Assembly: GCA_977017645.1 (NCBI GenBank)
Contig: OZ360232.1
Location: 31,496,001-31,560,000 of the forward strand
DNA from: Torpedo marmorata
Taxonomy: Eukaryota
Length of the DNA stretch: 64,000 bases
Reading direction: 5' to 3'
The notes under the pieces are model-generated. The model worked only from the letters and a program-made list of their open reading frames with translations, did no database searches and had not been told where the DNA came from. Positions 23,501 through 33,579 of the stretch are shown here, piece by piece; the stretch's first letter is position 1; every line of letters begins with the position of its first letter. The position numbers and the translations under genes are program-made.

Positions 23501-24457
23501 AATAATATAGGAGAAGATTCCAAAGAAGAAATTATTTATAAATGGGATTCTAAATTAATATCAACAAGAAAGAAAAATTCGCCTATTTTTAAACATTTGT
23601 TAGAAATATGGAATAAGACGGATAAGGAAACAGGAGGAAAAGGATTGATTTCTCCAAGGATGCCTTTATATCAAAATGGACTTATTCCATTTACTATTAA
23701 TAATCAATTATTTAAAATTTGGTTTCAAAAAGGAATTAAGAAGATTAATGATTGTTTTAAAGCTGGGAAATGTATTACTTTTCAAAGAATGAAAGATAAA
23801 TTTAATATATTAGATAATACACTTTTTGCTTATTATCAAATTAGAGCTTTTTTGATTGAGAAATTAGGTTATGCTTTGATTCTACCAAGACAGAATGAAT
23901 TAGAATTATTAGTTACTAATGGAGATGTTAATAAATTTATTTCTCAAATGTATAAATTGTTTCAGAGGAAAATGCCTAAAGTAGGATTGCATAAATCAAG
24001 ATTAAAATGGGAATTAGATTTGAATGTAAGAATAGATGAAAATCATTGGAAAGAATTATGTAAATTAAGTATGACGAAGATTATTAATGTTAGATATAGA
24101 TTAGTACAATACAATTTTTTTCATCAATTATATTTAACACCTAAAAAACTAAAGAAATTTAATCCGACACTATCAGGTTTATGTTTTAGATGTAATAAAG
24201 AGGAAGGGTCTTTTGTACACTCTACATGGTTTTGTCCAAAAGTTTATGATTTTTGGTTGAAAGTTAAAAAAATTTTAGATAAAGTATTTAAGATTATATT
24301 TCCAATGGATCCTATGATATTTTTGTTTGGAGATATTAGAAAATTTAGTATTAAGATGAAATTAAATATGTATCAAATAGAATTTTTGCGAATTGCTTTA
24401 GCTGTTTCAAAGAAATGCATTGCTATTACCTGGAAATCTGATTTAGATTTAGGATGA
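20522..24457 (+). CDS. Chimeric 1311-aa ORF: BEL Gag and aspartic protease, MIPOL1-like coiled coil, L1 ORF2 C-terminal region with Zn knuckle
   Basis: BEL motifs run to about 22480, coiled coil 22480-23144, then L1-like LITLMGRVNCIKMNVFPRIQYLFQ...GGLQLPNFQNYYKAAQL...CFRCNKEEGSFVHSTWFC. Expression is unknown. Confidence 0.8.
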   Translation: MLEVNYLVSDNKRSYFKKESQEKKPTKRVDILEPRIQDLHIQGQIFQQHSGIESHVPVVTSEDKAAAWVRSNDAASLLFESSIRNMEETTPVRFPDTLPATRDSEQSNVLSSKKRPNEIAALLIQLQSLSSLPKKEIQIFDGDPLQYQSFIRYFKRNIENKCQDRDECLYYLEMFTKGHPKELVKSCQHMSSERGLDRAKALLEQHFGNKHRIALAYMDKALQWTSIKQNDVKALQEYTLFLRGCCNAMEDIDNIHELEVPGNMRIILEKLPYKLWDRWRNLACDLQGNYGRRATLKNLVNFLERQVYIETDPIYGNTRDNSMGKDVRRSNSQPSPKLKRTTFATNVSVINKEKDKVNKEKESLPDEKSCLFCKGGHSLEMCLRLEKKEHNEKIAFLKENGIYFSCLYKGHISKNCKKQINCNICKLKHPRILHIHHRNKELEKEQTETKETTENNVITSVQTSGLTGAGVDNCKLSIVPVQVKTKKGDATVQTYAFLDPGSTASFCTEGLMNKLNIQGRRSRIMLKTMGQEKVVETSIVSGLEVAGLDDKKFCDLPSLYTQKTMPVHERNNPHQKDIHHLAYLWKDYLPEINSEIEMLIGLDVPKVLEPLEVIQSRKNGPYAIRTKLGWTINGPLERNNDIAQEQLAININRISVVKVDELSEEQKTMNKKITFEEKKTDQCENKSKVFKTTLKELFSSEMAESEVLEDVANNTIDYSCVIESDTGIKQVTENKSECRFCSSEVTTDKANEEILQCDVKLENTENCADGIKNNVNDNLMQLNSENKMLKGELEILDNHENSKQRDLIVSKTRKVRKRKKRITAEEMNTVIEKRDSALSKCKRLEEEISILKENKLLVNNTKQLTIKNNQVCKLIPLFVKIKKDLENWKDLPITLMGRVNCIKMNVFPRIQYLFQSITYGIPQKFFKDLNSIIRTFLWKGKLARVGMEKLTWNYEMGGLQLPNFQNYYKAAQLKFVNEFFDSTKSSAWIKIELNNIGEDSKEEIIYKWDSKLISTRKKNSPIFKHLLEIWNKTDKETGGKGLISPRMPLYQNGLIPFTINNQLFKIWFQKGIKKINDCFKAGKCITFQRMKDKFNILDNTLFAYYQIRAFLIEKLGYALILPRQNELELLVTNGDVNKFISQMYKLFQRKMPKVGLHKSRLKWELDLNVRIDENHWKELCKLSMTKIINVRYRLVQYNFFHQLYLTPKKLKKFNPTLSGLCFRCNKEEGSFVHSTWFCPKVYDFWLKVKKILDKVFKIIFPMDPMIFLFGDIRKFSIKMKLNMYQIEFLRIALAVSKKCIAITWKSDLDLG

Positions 24458-25115
24458 GAAAGATGGCATGCAGAACTTCGTTCGTGTATACCACTTGAAA
24501 AAATTACTTATAATTTACGTAATAAATATCATTTCTTCTTAAAAATTTGGAGCCCATATATGAAAGCTGTTGGTTTAAGGATTTGAAGATCTCTGGATAT
24601 CGGATCTACTGGCATACTTGACCTCCATAATAGAATTAGTTTATAGATTGGCATTCCCCTTACTCTATCTTTTTCTTTCTTTTTCTTCTTCTTTTTTTTT
24701 TTTTATTTTTTTTATTTTTTATTAGATTAGTGGGGTTGGGAGGGTTGGGGAGGGGAGGGAGGGAGGGGGGTGAAAATATATCACAAATAATTTGATAATT
24801 TTATATTTTATTTTATGTATTTTGTGATTTAAAATTTTAAATAAAATATTTTTTAAAAAAGTATGTAATTTGAATGTTCAGTTATTAACAATGCAGAAAG
24901 AATGTGATATTGCATTGCAGAAATGTAACAAGCAAGATGAAGAAATTAAAAAATTTCAAGTTTACCGCAGCAGGGTTGACAATGTATCACATGATATTTT
25001 GACTTCAGATCAAATTATTAATTTCTCAGAAAGAACTGAGACTGAATTGAAAGTTGCAAAATTGGATTTGGAATTGCAGGAAAAGGCAATAGAAACCAAA
25101 GTGGTTAAAGAGACC
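22883..25115 (+). pseudogene. MIPOL1: Captured, intronless MIPOL1-like fragment inside the BEL element (22883-23144 and 24861-25115, split by L1)
   Basis: Rejoined peptide RITAEEMNTVIEKRDSALSKCKRLEEEISILKENKLLVNNTKQLTIKNNQVCNLNVQLLTMQKECDIALQKCNKQDEEIKKFQVYRS closely follows my recollection of vertebrate MIPOL1 (RITAEEMSALIEERDAALSKCKRLEQEL...NNQ...KLEEEIQTLRVYYS). Needs BLAST confirmation. Confidence 0.72.
23145..24858 (+). mobile_element. 5'-truncated L1-clade LINE inserted in the BEL ORF
   Basis: L1 ORF2 post-RT region and Cys/His knuckle. The ORF continues past one stop (WHAELRSCIPLEKITYNLRNKYHFFLKIWSPY). T-rich/G-rich 3'UTR, AATAAA at about 24839 and an A tail. 15-bp TSD AAGTATGTAA(A/T)TTGA at 23130-23144 and 24859-24873. 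Confidence 0.92.
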
Positions 25116-25349
25116 TGTTTATTAAAATCGAAAGGATCAGATAAATATTCAAATTCTGGTTCTAAGAGTTTAAATTCTTCACATGAGAAGTGGAATGCTG
25201 AAGAAAGGAATAAAGTGAAACGACATGCTGAAGAAGTGCATTGTGTTAAATTCAAAAGAAAAACTGTATCTATTTTGTCTGAGGAAGATTTGAGGTTTAC
25301 TAGTCGACATTTTAACTCAAAGATTATGGAGATAAAAGAACTTTAAAGA

Positions 25350-25529
25350 GACTTTGTAATTATTATGGATAATTCAACTCCAAGAAACTCCTGGTTACTT
25401 GGAAAAAATTATTGAGACTATTCAAGACAAAAGGGGACTTGTGCGTCAAGTGCGAATTAAAACTAAGACTGGCTTTCTAAATAGACCTATTAACAAGGTC
25501 TGCCTTCTGTTGGAGACGGAGGAACTTTG
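25350..25529 (+). pseudogene. BEL integrase C-terminal (DUF5641-like) remnant
   Basis: DFVIIMDNSTPRNSWLLGK / IIETIQDKRGLVRQVRIKTKTGFLNRPINKVCLLLE, with a frameshift in an A-run. Confidence 0.85.
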
Positions 25530-25736
25530 ATAAATACAAACTGACTTTATTTGTTGTTGTATACTTCACAGGTTACAGACTTTTTGTTGATTCAGAGTTA
25601 TGGTAAACTCTGGTCTTATGAAGAAAGAAGAAAGAAGATTTGTATATTGTGTGAATGTTATGGTTATTGTTATTTATAATTTATTGTGTAATTATTATTT
25701 AAGACATTGCGTCTAATTATAATAATTAGGGGCCGG

Positions 25737-26350
25737 TATAAGCGCCGTAGGCTTAATTACTTACCTTGGTCGCGGCGCTGCGATGTTCTCGGCGGGTTAC
25801 GGAGGAGTCGCGGTGTTTGTTGGCCGTGCTAGGCCTATTTAGTACTCTGCGCATGCGTTAGAGTGCCGACGTGCGAATGCGCAGTTGGGATTGACGGCAA
25901 TGTGCGCGGTGGAGTGTGCGCGGTGGAGTGTGCGTGGTGGAGTATGCGCAGTAGAATAGGCGCATTGAGCATGTGCGAATCGGGGGGGGAAAAAGTATTG
26001 GAAAAAGATGGAGGCTTAGAGGAGGGTGAGTGAGATCGCCATATCTTTTATTGACCGTTTCATGGAACATTTAGCCACTTTTCATTGAACATTTAAACTC
26101 GTTTCATTATGGTTTAAAGTCATTTAATTGAACATCTAAATACAGTCAAAGGAATCGTTTAAAGGAACTCATTAAACATCGTTATCAAGAACTGTTTATA
26201 TTTAAGTCATTGAAGATTGCTGCAAGTCACGTGTGTAAATAAAGTTTTTTTTTAACATATCGGACTTTGTTAGTAAACTAATTGAAACGCGTCAAAAACA
26301 AGTATCTCACCTAGCCTCCAAGTGACTATTGTTGGATCGAAGTCACTATA
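25737..26350 (+). repeat. BEL 3' LTR (614 bp)
   Basis: Direct repeat of 18864-19287 plus a CpG-rich segment containing tgcgcatgcg. Confidence 0.93.
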
Positions 26351-26655
26351 ATCCCAACTCCTCTACTCAATACTTTGATTAATGAAGGCCAATATGCCAA
26401 CCCTCTCCACCTGTGATGCCACTTTCAGGGAATTATGTATCTGTATTCCCAGATCCCTCTGTTCTACCGCACTCCTCAGTGCTCTACCATTCACCGTGTA
26501 CATCCTTTCTTGCTTTGTCCTTCCAAAATGCAACACCTCACACTTGTCTGCATTAAATTCCATCTGCCACTTTTCAGCCCATTTTTCCAGCTGGTCCAGA
26601 TCCCTCTGCAAGCTTTGAAAACCTTCTTCGCTGTCCACAACGCCTCCAAACTTAC
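26351..26655 (-). mobile_element. CR1 fragment, continuation of 18280-18863
   Basis: KFGGVVDSEEGFQSLQRDLDQLEKWAEKWQMEFNADKCEVLHFG. Confidence 0.92.
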
Positions 26656-28682
26656 CACAGCCTGGTGTGGGTCCCCAGTTCCCACGTCCTGGTGTGTGTC
26701 CCCAGTCCCCACGGCCTGGTGTGTGTCCCCAGTCCCCAGGGCCTGGTGTGTGTCCCCAGTCCCCAGTCCCCACAGCCTGGTGTGTGTCCCCAGTCCCCTC
26801 AGCCTGGTGTGTGTCCCCAGTCCCCAGTCCCCACAGCCTGGTGTGTGTCCCCAGTCCCCAGTCCCCTCAGCCTGGTGTGTGACCCCAGTCCCCTCAGCCT
26901 GGTGTGTGTCCCCAGTCCCCACGGCCTGGTGTGTGTCCCCAGTCCCCTCAGCCTGGTGTGTGTCCCCAGTCCCCACGGCCTGGTGTGTGTCCCCAGTCCC
27001 CACGGCCTGGTGTGGGTCCCCAGTCCCCTCAGCCTGGTGTGTGTCCCCAGTCCCCACGGCCTGGTGTGTGTCCCCAGTCCCCACGGCCTGGTGTGGGTCC
27101 CCAGTTCCCACGTCCTGGTGTGTGTCCCCAGTCCCCACGGCCTGGTGTGTGTCCCCAGTCCCCAGGGCCTGGTGTGTGTCCCCAGTCCCCATGGCCTGGT
27201 GTGTGTCCCCAGTCCCCTCAGCCTGGTGTGTGTCCCCAGTCCCCACGGCCTGGTGTGTGTCCTCAGTCCCCACGGCCTGGTGTGGGTCCCCAGTCCCCAC
27301 GGCCTGGTGTGTGTCCCCAGTTCCCCAGTCCCCATGGCCTGGTGTGTATCCCCAGTCCCCACGGCCTGGTGTATGTCCCCAGTCCCCACGGCCTGGTGTG
27401 TGTCCCCAGTCCCCACGGCCTGGTGTATGTCCCCAGTCCCCACGGCCTTGTGTGGGTCCCCAGTCCCCACGGCCTGGTGTGTGTCCCCAGTCCCCACGGC
27501 CTGGTGTATGTCCCCAGTTCCCACGGCCTGGTGTGTATCCCCAGTCCCCACGGCCTGGTGTGGGTCCCCAATCCCCACGGCCTGGTGTGTGTCCCCAGTC
27601 CCCACGGCCTGGTGTGTGTCCCCAGTCCCCACGGCCTGGTGTGTGTCCCCAGTCCCCACGGCCTGGTGTGTATCCCCAGTCCCCACGGCCTGGTGTGGGT
27701 CCCCAATCCCCACGGCCTGGTGTGTGTCCCCAGTCCCCACGGCCTGGTGTGTGTCCCCAGTCCCCACGGCCTGGTGTATGTCCCCAGTTCCCACGGCCTG
27801 GTGTGTATCCCCAGTCCCCACGGCCTGGTGTGGGTCCCCAATCCCCACGGCCTGGTGTGTGTCCCCAGTCCCCACGGCCTGGTGTGTGTCCCCAGTCCCC
27901 ACGGCCTGGTGTGTGTCCCCAGTCCCCACGGCCTTGAATGGGTCCCCAGTCCCCAGTCCCCACGGCCTGGTGTGTGTCCCCAGTCCCCACGGCCTGGTGT
28001 GTGTCCCCAGACCCCAGTCCCCACGGCCTGGTGTGTGTCCCCAGACCCCAGTCCCCACGGCCTGGTGTGTGTCCCCAGTCCCCACGGCCTGGTGTGTGTC
28101 CCCAGACCCCAGTCCCCACGGCCTGGTGTGTGTCCCCAGTCCCCAGTCCCCACGGCCTGGTGTGTGTCCCCAGTCCCCACGGCCTGGTGTGTGTCCCCAG
28201 ACCCCAGTCCCCACGGCCTGGTGTGTGTCCCCAGTCCCCACGGCCTGGTGTGTGTCCCCAGTCCCCACGGCCTTGAATGGGTCCCCAGTCCCCAGTCCCC
28301 ACGGCCTGGTGTGTGTCCCCAGTCCCCACGGCCTGGTGTGTGTCCCCAGACCCCAGTCCCCACAGCCTGGTGTGGGTCCCCAGTCCCCACGGCCTGGTGT
28401 GTGTCCCCAGTCCCCACAGCCTGGTGTGGGTCCCCCAGTCCCCAGTCCCCACGGCCTGGTGTGTGTCCCCAGTCCCCACGGCCTGGTGTGTGTCCCCAGA
28501 CCCCAGTCCCCACGGCCTGGTGTGGGTCCCCAGTCCCCACGGTCTGGTGTGTGTCCCCAGTCCCCACAGCCTGGTGTGGGTCCCCAGTCCCCACAGCCTG
28601 GTGTGGGTCCCCAGTCCCCACGGCCTGGTGTGTGTCCCCAGTCCCCACGGCCTGGTGTGGGTCCCCCAGTTCCCAGTCCCCA
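26655..28682. repeat. 27-bp minisatellite (ccccacggcctggtgtgtgtccccagt) with 7-bp ccccagt stutters, about 2 kb; resumes at 31799-31840
   Basis: Direct observation. The long ORFs here are translated repeat. Confidence 0.97.
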
Positions 28683-31600
28683 TGGGATCTGTTTTGGGGT
28701 AAGGATGAATTGTCCAGGGGGGACGGGTTGCACCTTAACAAGTGGGGGACCAGCATTCTGGCAGGCAGGTTTGCCACTACTACACGGGTGTGTTTAAACT
28801 AAGTAGTGGGGGGGAGGAGATGAACTGGAAATATAAGGATGGAGTTAAAGAGGTAATTAAGAAAAGTTAAGGAAGACAACAGAATTAACGGGGCAGAAAG
28901 CTCAGGAAGGGATCCGAGAGTATGGCCAAGTGTAATAGGAATCGATGTGAAAGGGGAGGGGAGTAATGGATTAAAAGTATTACATATGAATGCACAAAGT
29001 ATAAGAAATAAAGTGGATGAGCTTGAGGCTCAGTTGGAATTTGGCAAGTATGATGTTGTAGGAATAACAGAGTCATGGCTGCAAGAGAAGCAGGGCTGGG
29101 AAATGAATATTCAAGGTATACGTCCTATCGAAAGAACAGACAGGTGGGCAGAGGGGGTGGAGTGGCTCTGTTGGTGAGGAATGAAATTCAGTCCCTTGCG
29201 AGGGGTGACAAAAAATCAGGAGATGTAGAGTCAGTATGGATAGAACTGAGAAATTGTAAGGGCAAAAAGACCCTAATGGGAGTTATCTACAGGCCCCAAA
29301 CAGTAGCTTGGATATTGGGTGCAAGTTGAATCAAGAGTTAAAATTGGCATGTCGCAAAGGTAATGCTACGGTTGTTATGGGGGATTTCAACATGCAGGTA
29401 GACTGGGAAAATCAGGATGGTACTGGACCCCAAGAGAGGGAGTTTGTGGAGTGCCTCCGAGATGGATTCTTAGAGCAGCTTGTACTAGAGCCTACCAGGG
29501 AGAAGGCAATTCTGGATTTAGTGTTGTGTAGTGAACCGGATTTGATAAGGGAACTCGAGGTAAAGGAGCCATTAGGAGGTAGTGACCATAATATGATAAG
29601 TTTTAATTTACAATTTGAGAGGGAGAAGGGAAAATCGGAAGTGTCATTATTACAGTTGAACAAAGGGGACAATGGAGCCATGATGGAGGAGCTGGCCAAA
29701 CTTGACTGGAAAGATACCCTAGCAGGGATGACAGTGGAACAACAATGGCAGGTATTTCTGGGAATAATACAGAAGGTGCAGGATCAGTTCATTCCAAAGA
29801 GGAAGAAAGATTCTAAGGGGAGTAAGGGATGACCGTGGCTGACAAGGGAAGTCAAGGACAGTATAAAAATAAAAGAGAAGAAGTATAACACAGCAAAGAT
29901 GAGCAGGAAGCCAGAGGATTGGGAAACTTTTAAAGAGCAACAGAAGATAACTAAAAAGGCAATACGGGGAGAAAAGATGAGGTATGAAGGTAGGCTAGCC
30001 AAGAATATAAAGGAGGATAGTAAATGCTTCTTAAGGTACGTGAAGAGGAAAAAAATTGTTAAGATCAAAGTTGGGCCCTTGAAGACAGAAGCGGGTGAAA
30101 TTATTATGGGGAACAAGGAAATAACAGAAGAGATGAACAGATACTTTGGATCTGTCTTTACTAGGGAAGACACAAACAACCGCCCAGATGTAATAGTGGA
30201 CAGAGGACCTAGGGTAACGGAGGAACTGAAGGAAATTCACATTAGGCAGAAAATGGTGTTGAGTAGACTAATGGGACTGAAGGCTGATAAATCCCTAGGG
30301 CCTGATGGTCTGCATCCCAGGGTGCTTAAGGATGCATTGGTAATCATTTCCCAATGTTCTATAGATTCAGGATCAGTTCCTGCGGATTGGAGGATAGCTA
30401 ATATTATCCTACTTTTTAAGAAAGGAGGGAGAGAGAAAACAGGGAATTATAGACCAGTTAGCCTGACATCAGTGGTGGGGAAGATGCTGGAGTCAATTAT
30501 AAAAGATGAAATAACGGCACATTTGGATAGCAGTAACAGGATCGGTCCGAGTCAGCATGGATTTACAAAGGGGAAATCATGCTTGACTAATCTTCTGGAA
30601 TTTTTTGAGGATGTAACTATGAAAATGGACAAGGGAGAGCTAGTGGATGTAGTGTACCTGGACTTTCAAAATTAGAGCACATGGTATTGGGGGTAGGGTA
30701 CTGACATGGATAGAAAATTGGTTGGCAGACAGGAAACAACGAGTAGGGATTAACGAGTCCCTTTCAGAATGGCAGGCAGTGACTAGTGGGGTACCAAAAG
30801 GCTCGGTGCTGGGACCGCAGCTGTTTACAATATTCATTAATTATTTAGATGAAGGGATTTAAAGTAACATTAGCAAATTTGCAGATGACACAAAGCTGGG
30901 TGGCAGAGTGAAATGTGAGGAGGATGTTATGAGAATGCAGGGTGACTTGGACAGGTTGGGCGAGTGGGCAGATGCATGGCAGATGCAGTTTAATGTGGAT
31001 AAATGTGAGGTTATCCATTTTGGTGGCAAGAACAGGGAGGCAGATTACTATCTGAATGGTGTCAAGTTAGGAAAAGGGGAAGTACAACGAAATCTAGGTG
31101 TTCTTGTTCATCAGTCACTGAAAGTAAGCATGCAGGTACAGCAGGCAGTGAAGAAAGCTAATGGCATGTTGGCCTTCATAACAAGGGGAGTTGAGTATAA
31201 GAGCAGAGGTCCTTCTGCAGTTGTACAGGGCCCTGGTGAGACCACACCTGGAGTATTGTGTGCAGTTTTGGTCTCCAGGTTTGAGGGAGGACATTCTTGC
31301 TATTGAGGGAGTGCAGCGTAGGTTCACAAGGTTAATTCCCGGATGGCGGGACTGTCATACGTTGAAAGATTGGAGCGATTGGGCTTGTATACACTGGAAT
31401 TTAGAAGGATGAGAGGGGATCTGATTGAAACATATAAGATTATTAAGGGATTGGACACACTAGAGGCAGGAAACATGTTCCCGATGTTGGGGGAGTCAAG
31501 AACCAGAGGCCACCGTTTAAGAATAAGGGGTAGGCCATTTAGAACGGAGTTGAGGAAAAACCTTTTCACCCAGAGAGTTGTGGATCTGTGGAATGCTCTG

Positions 31601-31798
31601 CCTCAGAAGGCAGTGGAGGCCAATTCTCTGGATGCTTTCAAGAAAGAGTTAGATAGAGCTCTTAAAGATAGCAGAGTCAAGGGATATGGGTTGAAGGCAG
31701 GAACGGGGTACTGATAGTGGATGATCAGCCATGATCACAGTGAATGGCGGTGCTGGCTCGAAGGGCAAAATGGCCTACTCCTGCACCTATTGTCTATT
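28683..31798 (+). mobile_element. Long CR1 LINE copy (end of esterase-type ORF1, ORF2 APE endonuclease and RT, 3' tail), frameshifted
   Basis: ORF1 end DGLHLNKWG. Endonuclease: HMNAQSIRNK, GITESWL, MGDFN, LGGSDHN. RT: NYRPVSLTS, QHGF, VYLDF, KFADD. Tail ctattgtctattg. Inserted in the 27-bp minisatellite. Confidence 0.95.
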
Positions 31799-32819
31799 GC
31801 CTGGTGTGGGTCCCCAGTCCCCACGGTCTGGTGTGGGTCCCTGCCTGGAGTGAGGCCTGGTCGCTGCTCTGGTCTCCCACCCTGTAGGGTCCTCTCCCAG
31901 GTTTCTCCTTCTCTGGTGCCCTGCACTGATGTCTGGTTCACCCTCTTTTATTGGCTGGTTATCTTTAGAGCCAACACTTGGAGTTGATTTGTTATGTTTA
32001 AGTTTGGGGCGGAGAAGACAAGAGACTCCGATCCAGCATTGTCATGAAAAGATTGACATCGCTTCATGACTTCTCACTGTCTCTTGCGGCCTGTGCCATG
32101 CCCACTGCCGTGCTCAGCGGGATCAATCCATTCTGCATCAAGAGATAGCTATCGCTCCCCTCCAGCCCGAGAGAATAAAAATAAACCGTGGAGAGAAGGC
32201 AGGAGGAGATTAGCCAGCACACCAACCCCATGTATTTGCACACAAAGAGAAGCCAGCACTCATCAAAAATAGCATCATGGCATTTACACAGCCCTCTCCA
32301 GCCCTGGGGACCAGGCAAGATGTTTTATCTCCAGGGCTTCCTGGCAGCTGAACAAAGAAAGATTTCGGGCTACAGATTAGTGTGGCCACAGGACCCACAG
32401 AGCGCAGGCTTATTTCTGCATCGGAACGAAAGGATGAGGAAAGGCAGTCGAAATGACCCACTCCCGTGTTGGAGAGGCAGTCTGTGAGGACAGCATGTTG
32501 AGCTGTTACAGTGAGCACAGGCGTGAGGCCAGAGCAAGGAGGTCGTGTAGAGCCTTGGGGTTTTACGTTCAGAGTGCTTGGCTACTCTGCAGCTCCCCGG
32601 ATCCATCAGGATCATCCATTCAATCTCTCCGAGCACTGAACAACCCCACCCGCATTTCACCTCCTAGTTCTGCAGGATCTGCAAATCACGGGCAGCGGCA
32701 GCATATATTGCACATTTATTGGATGAGGGTGTTAACGTATGAGGAGGGCTTGGTGGTCCTGTACTCACTGGAGTTTAGAAGGATGAGGGGGGATCTCGTT
32801 GAAACCAACCAACGATAGA

Positions 32820-33579
32820 AAGTTAAAAACACAAATGCTGGAGAAACTCAGCAGGTCAAACAGTGTCTTTTATGCAGCAAAGGTAGAAATACATAACTGA
32901 CGTTTCGGGCTTGAGCCCTTCATCAAAGTATGAGAAAATGCCGGCAGGTGTCTGAACAAAAGAGTGAGGGGGGAAGGGGGGGGAGGTGGCAAAGACAGGA
33001 GATGATAGGTGGAGAAAGGAGGGAGGGGACAGCAACAAAGAGGGGGAGGTGGGTGGAAAAAAACAGGAAGGACAAGTGAGGGGGGAGGGGGGAAAGGAAA
33101 CGACAAGCAGGTTTAGTGGAAAGCAGAAAAGTCAATGTTAATGCCATCTGGCTGGAGAGTGCCCAGATGGAAAATGAGATGTTGTTCATCCAATTTGCGG
33201 GTAGTCTGGGTGGGATAGTACATGAGGCCATGGACAGACATGTGAGTGTGGGAGTGTGACCGGGAATTGAAATGGTTGGCTACTGGGAGGTCGCTGTTGT
33301 TGCGGACGGAGAGGAGGTGCTCAGCAAAGCGATCTCCCAATCTACGACCGGTCTCTCCGATGTAGAGAAAGCCACAAAGGGAGCACCGGATATAGTAAAT
33401 AAGTTCTCTGGATGTACAAGTGAAGTGTAGTTTCACTTGGAAGGCCTGTTTGGGCCCCGGACCGTGGTGAGGGGGGAGGTGTGGACGCAGGTGTTGCACC
33501 TCCTGCGGGCACAGGGGAAGGTGCCGGGGGTGCGATGGGTGGGGAGGGATGAGTACATGAGGGAATCGCGGAGGGAGCG
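32820..33579 (-). mobile_element. Penelope-like element, 3' half (GIY-YIG and terminal region), inserted in a CR1 fragment
   Basis: FQVKLHFTCTSRELIYYIRCSLCGFLYIGETGRRLGDRFAEHL...VANHFNS...LGTLQPDGINIDF. Confidence 0.92.

Larger units (their letters stand above)
18864..26350 (+). mobile_element. Non-autonomous BEL/Pao LTR retrotransposon with captured sequence replacing pol
   Basis: LTRs at 18864-19287 and 25737-26350, 5-bp TSD ATCCC (18859-18863 / 26351-26355) and PPT-like aattagggggccgg before the 3' LTR. It has Pao-type Gag (FDGDPLQYQSF), triple Cys/His knuckles, protease YAFLDPGS and the AIRTKLGWTINGP motif, plus an integrase C-terminal remnant at 25350-25529. No RT YxDD, RNase H or integrase core. 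Confidence 0.93.

Noticed and set aside
22883-25115. The native MIPOL1 locus or host exons
   Set aside because: The segment is intronless, partial, rearranged and enclosed by BEL LTRs with a TSD, so it is treated as a captured copy.
26435-28802. 500-730-aa ORFs in multiple frames on both strands
   Set aside because: They are translations of a 27-bp stop-free minisatellite, with no coding evidence.
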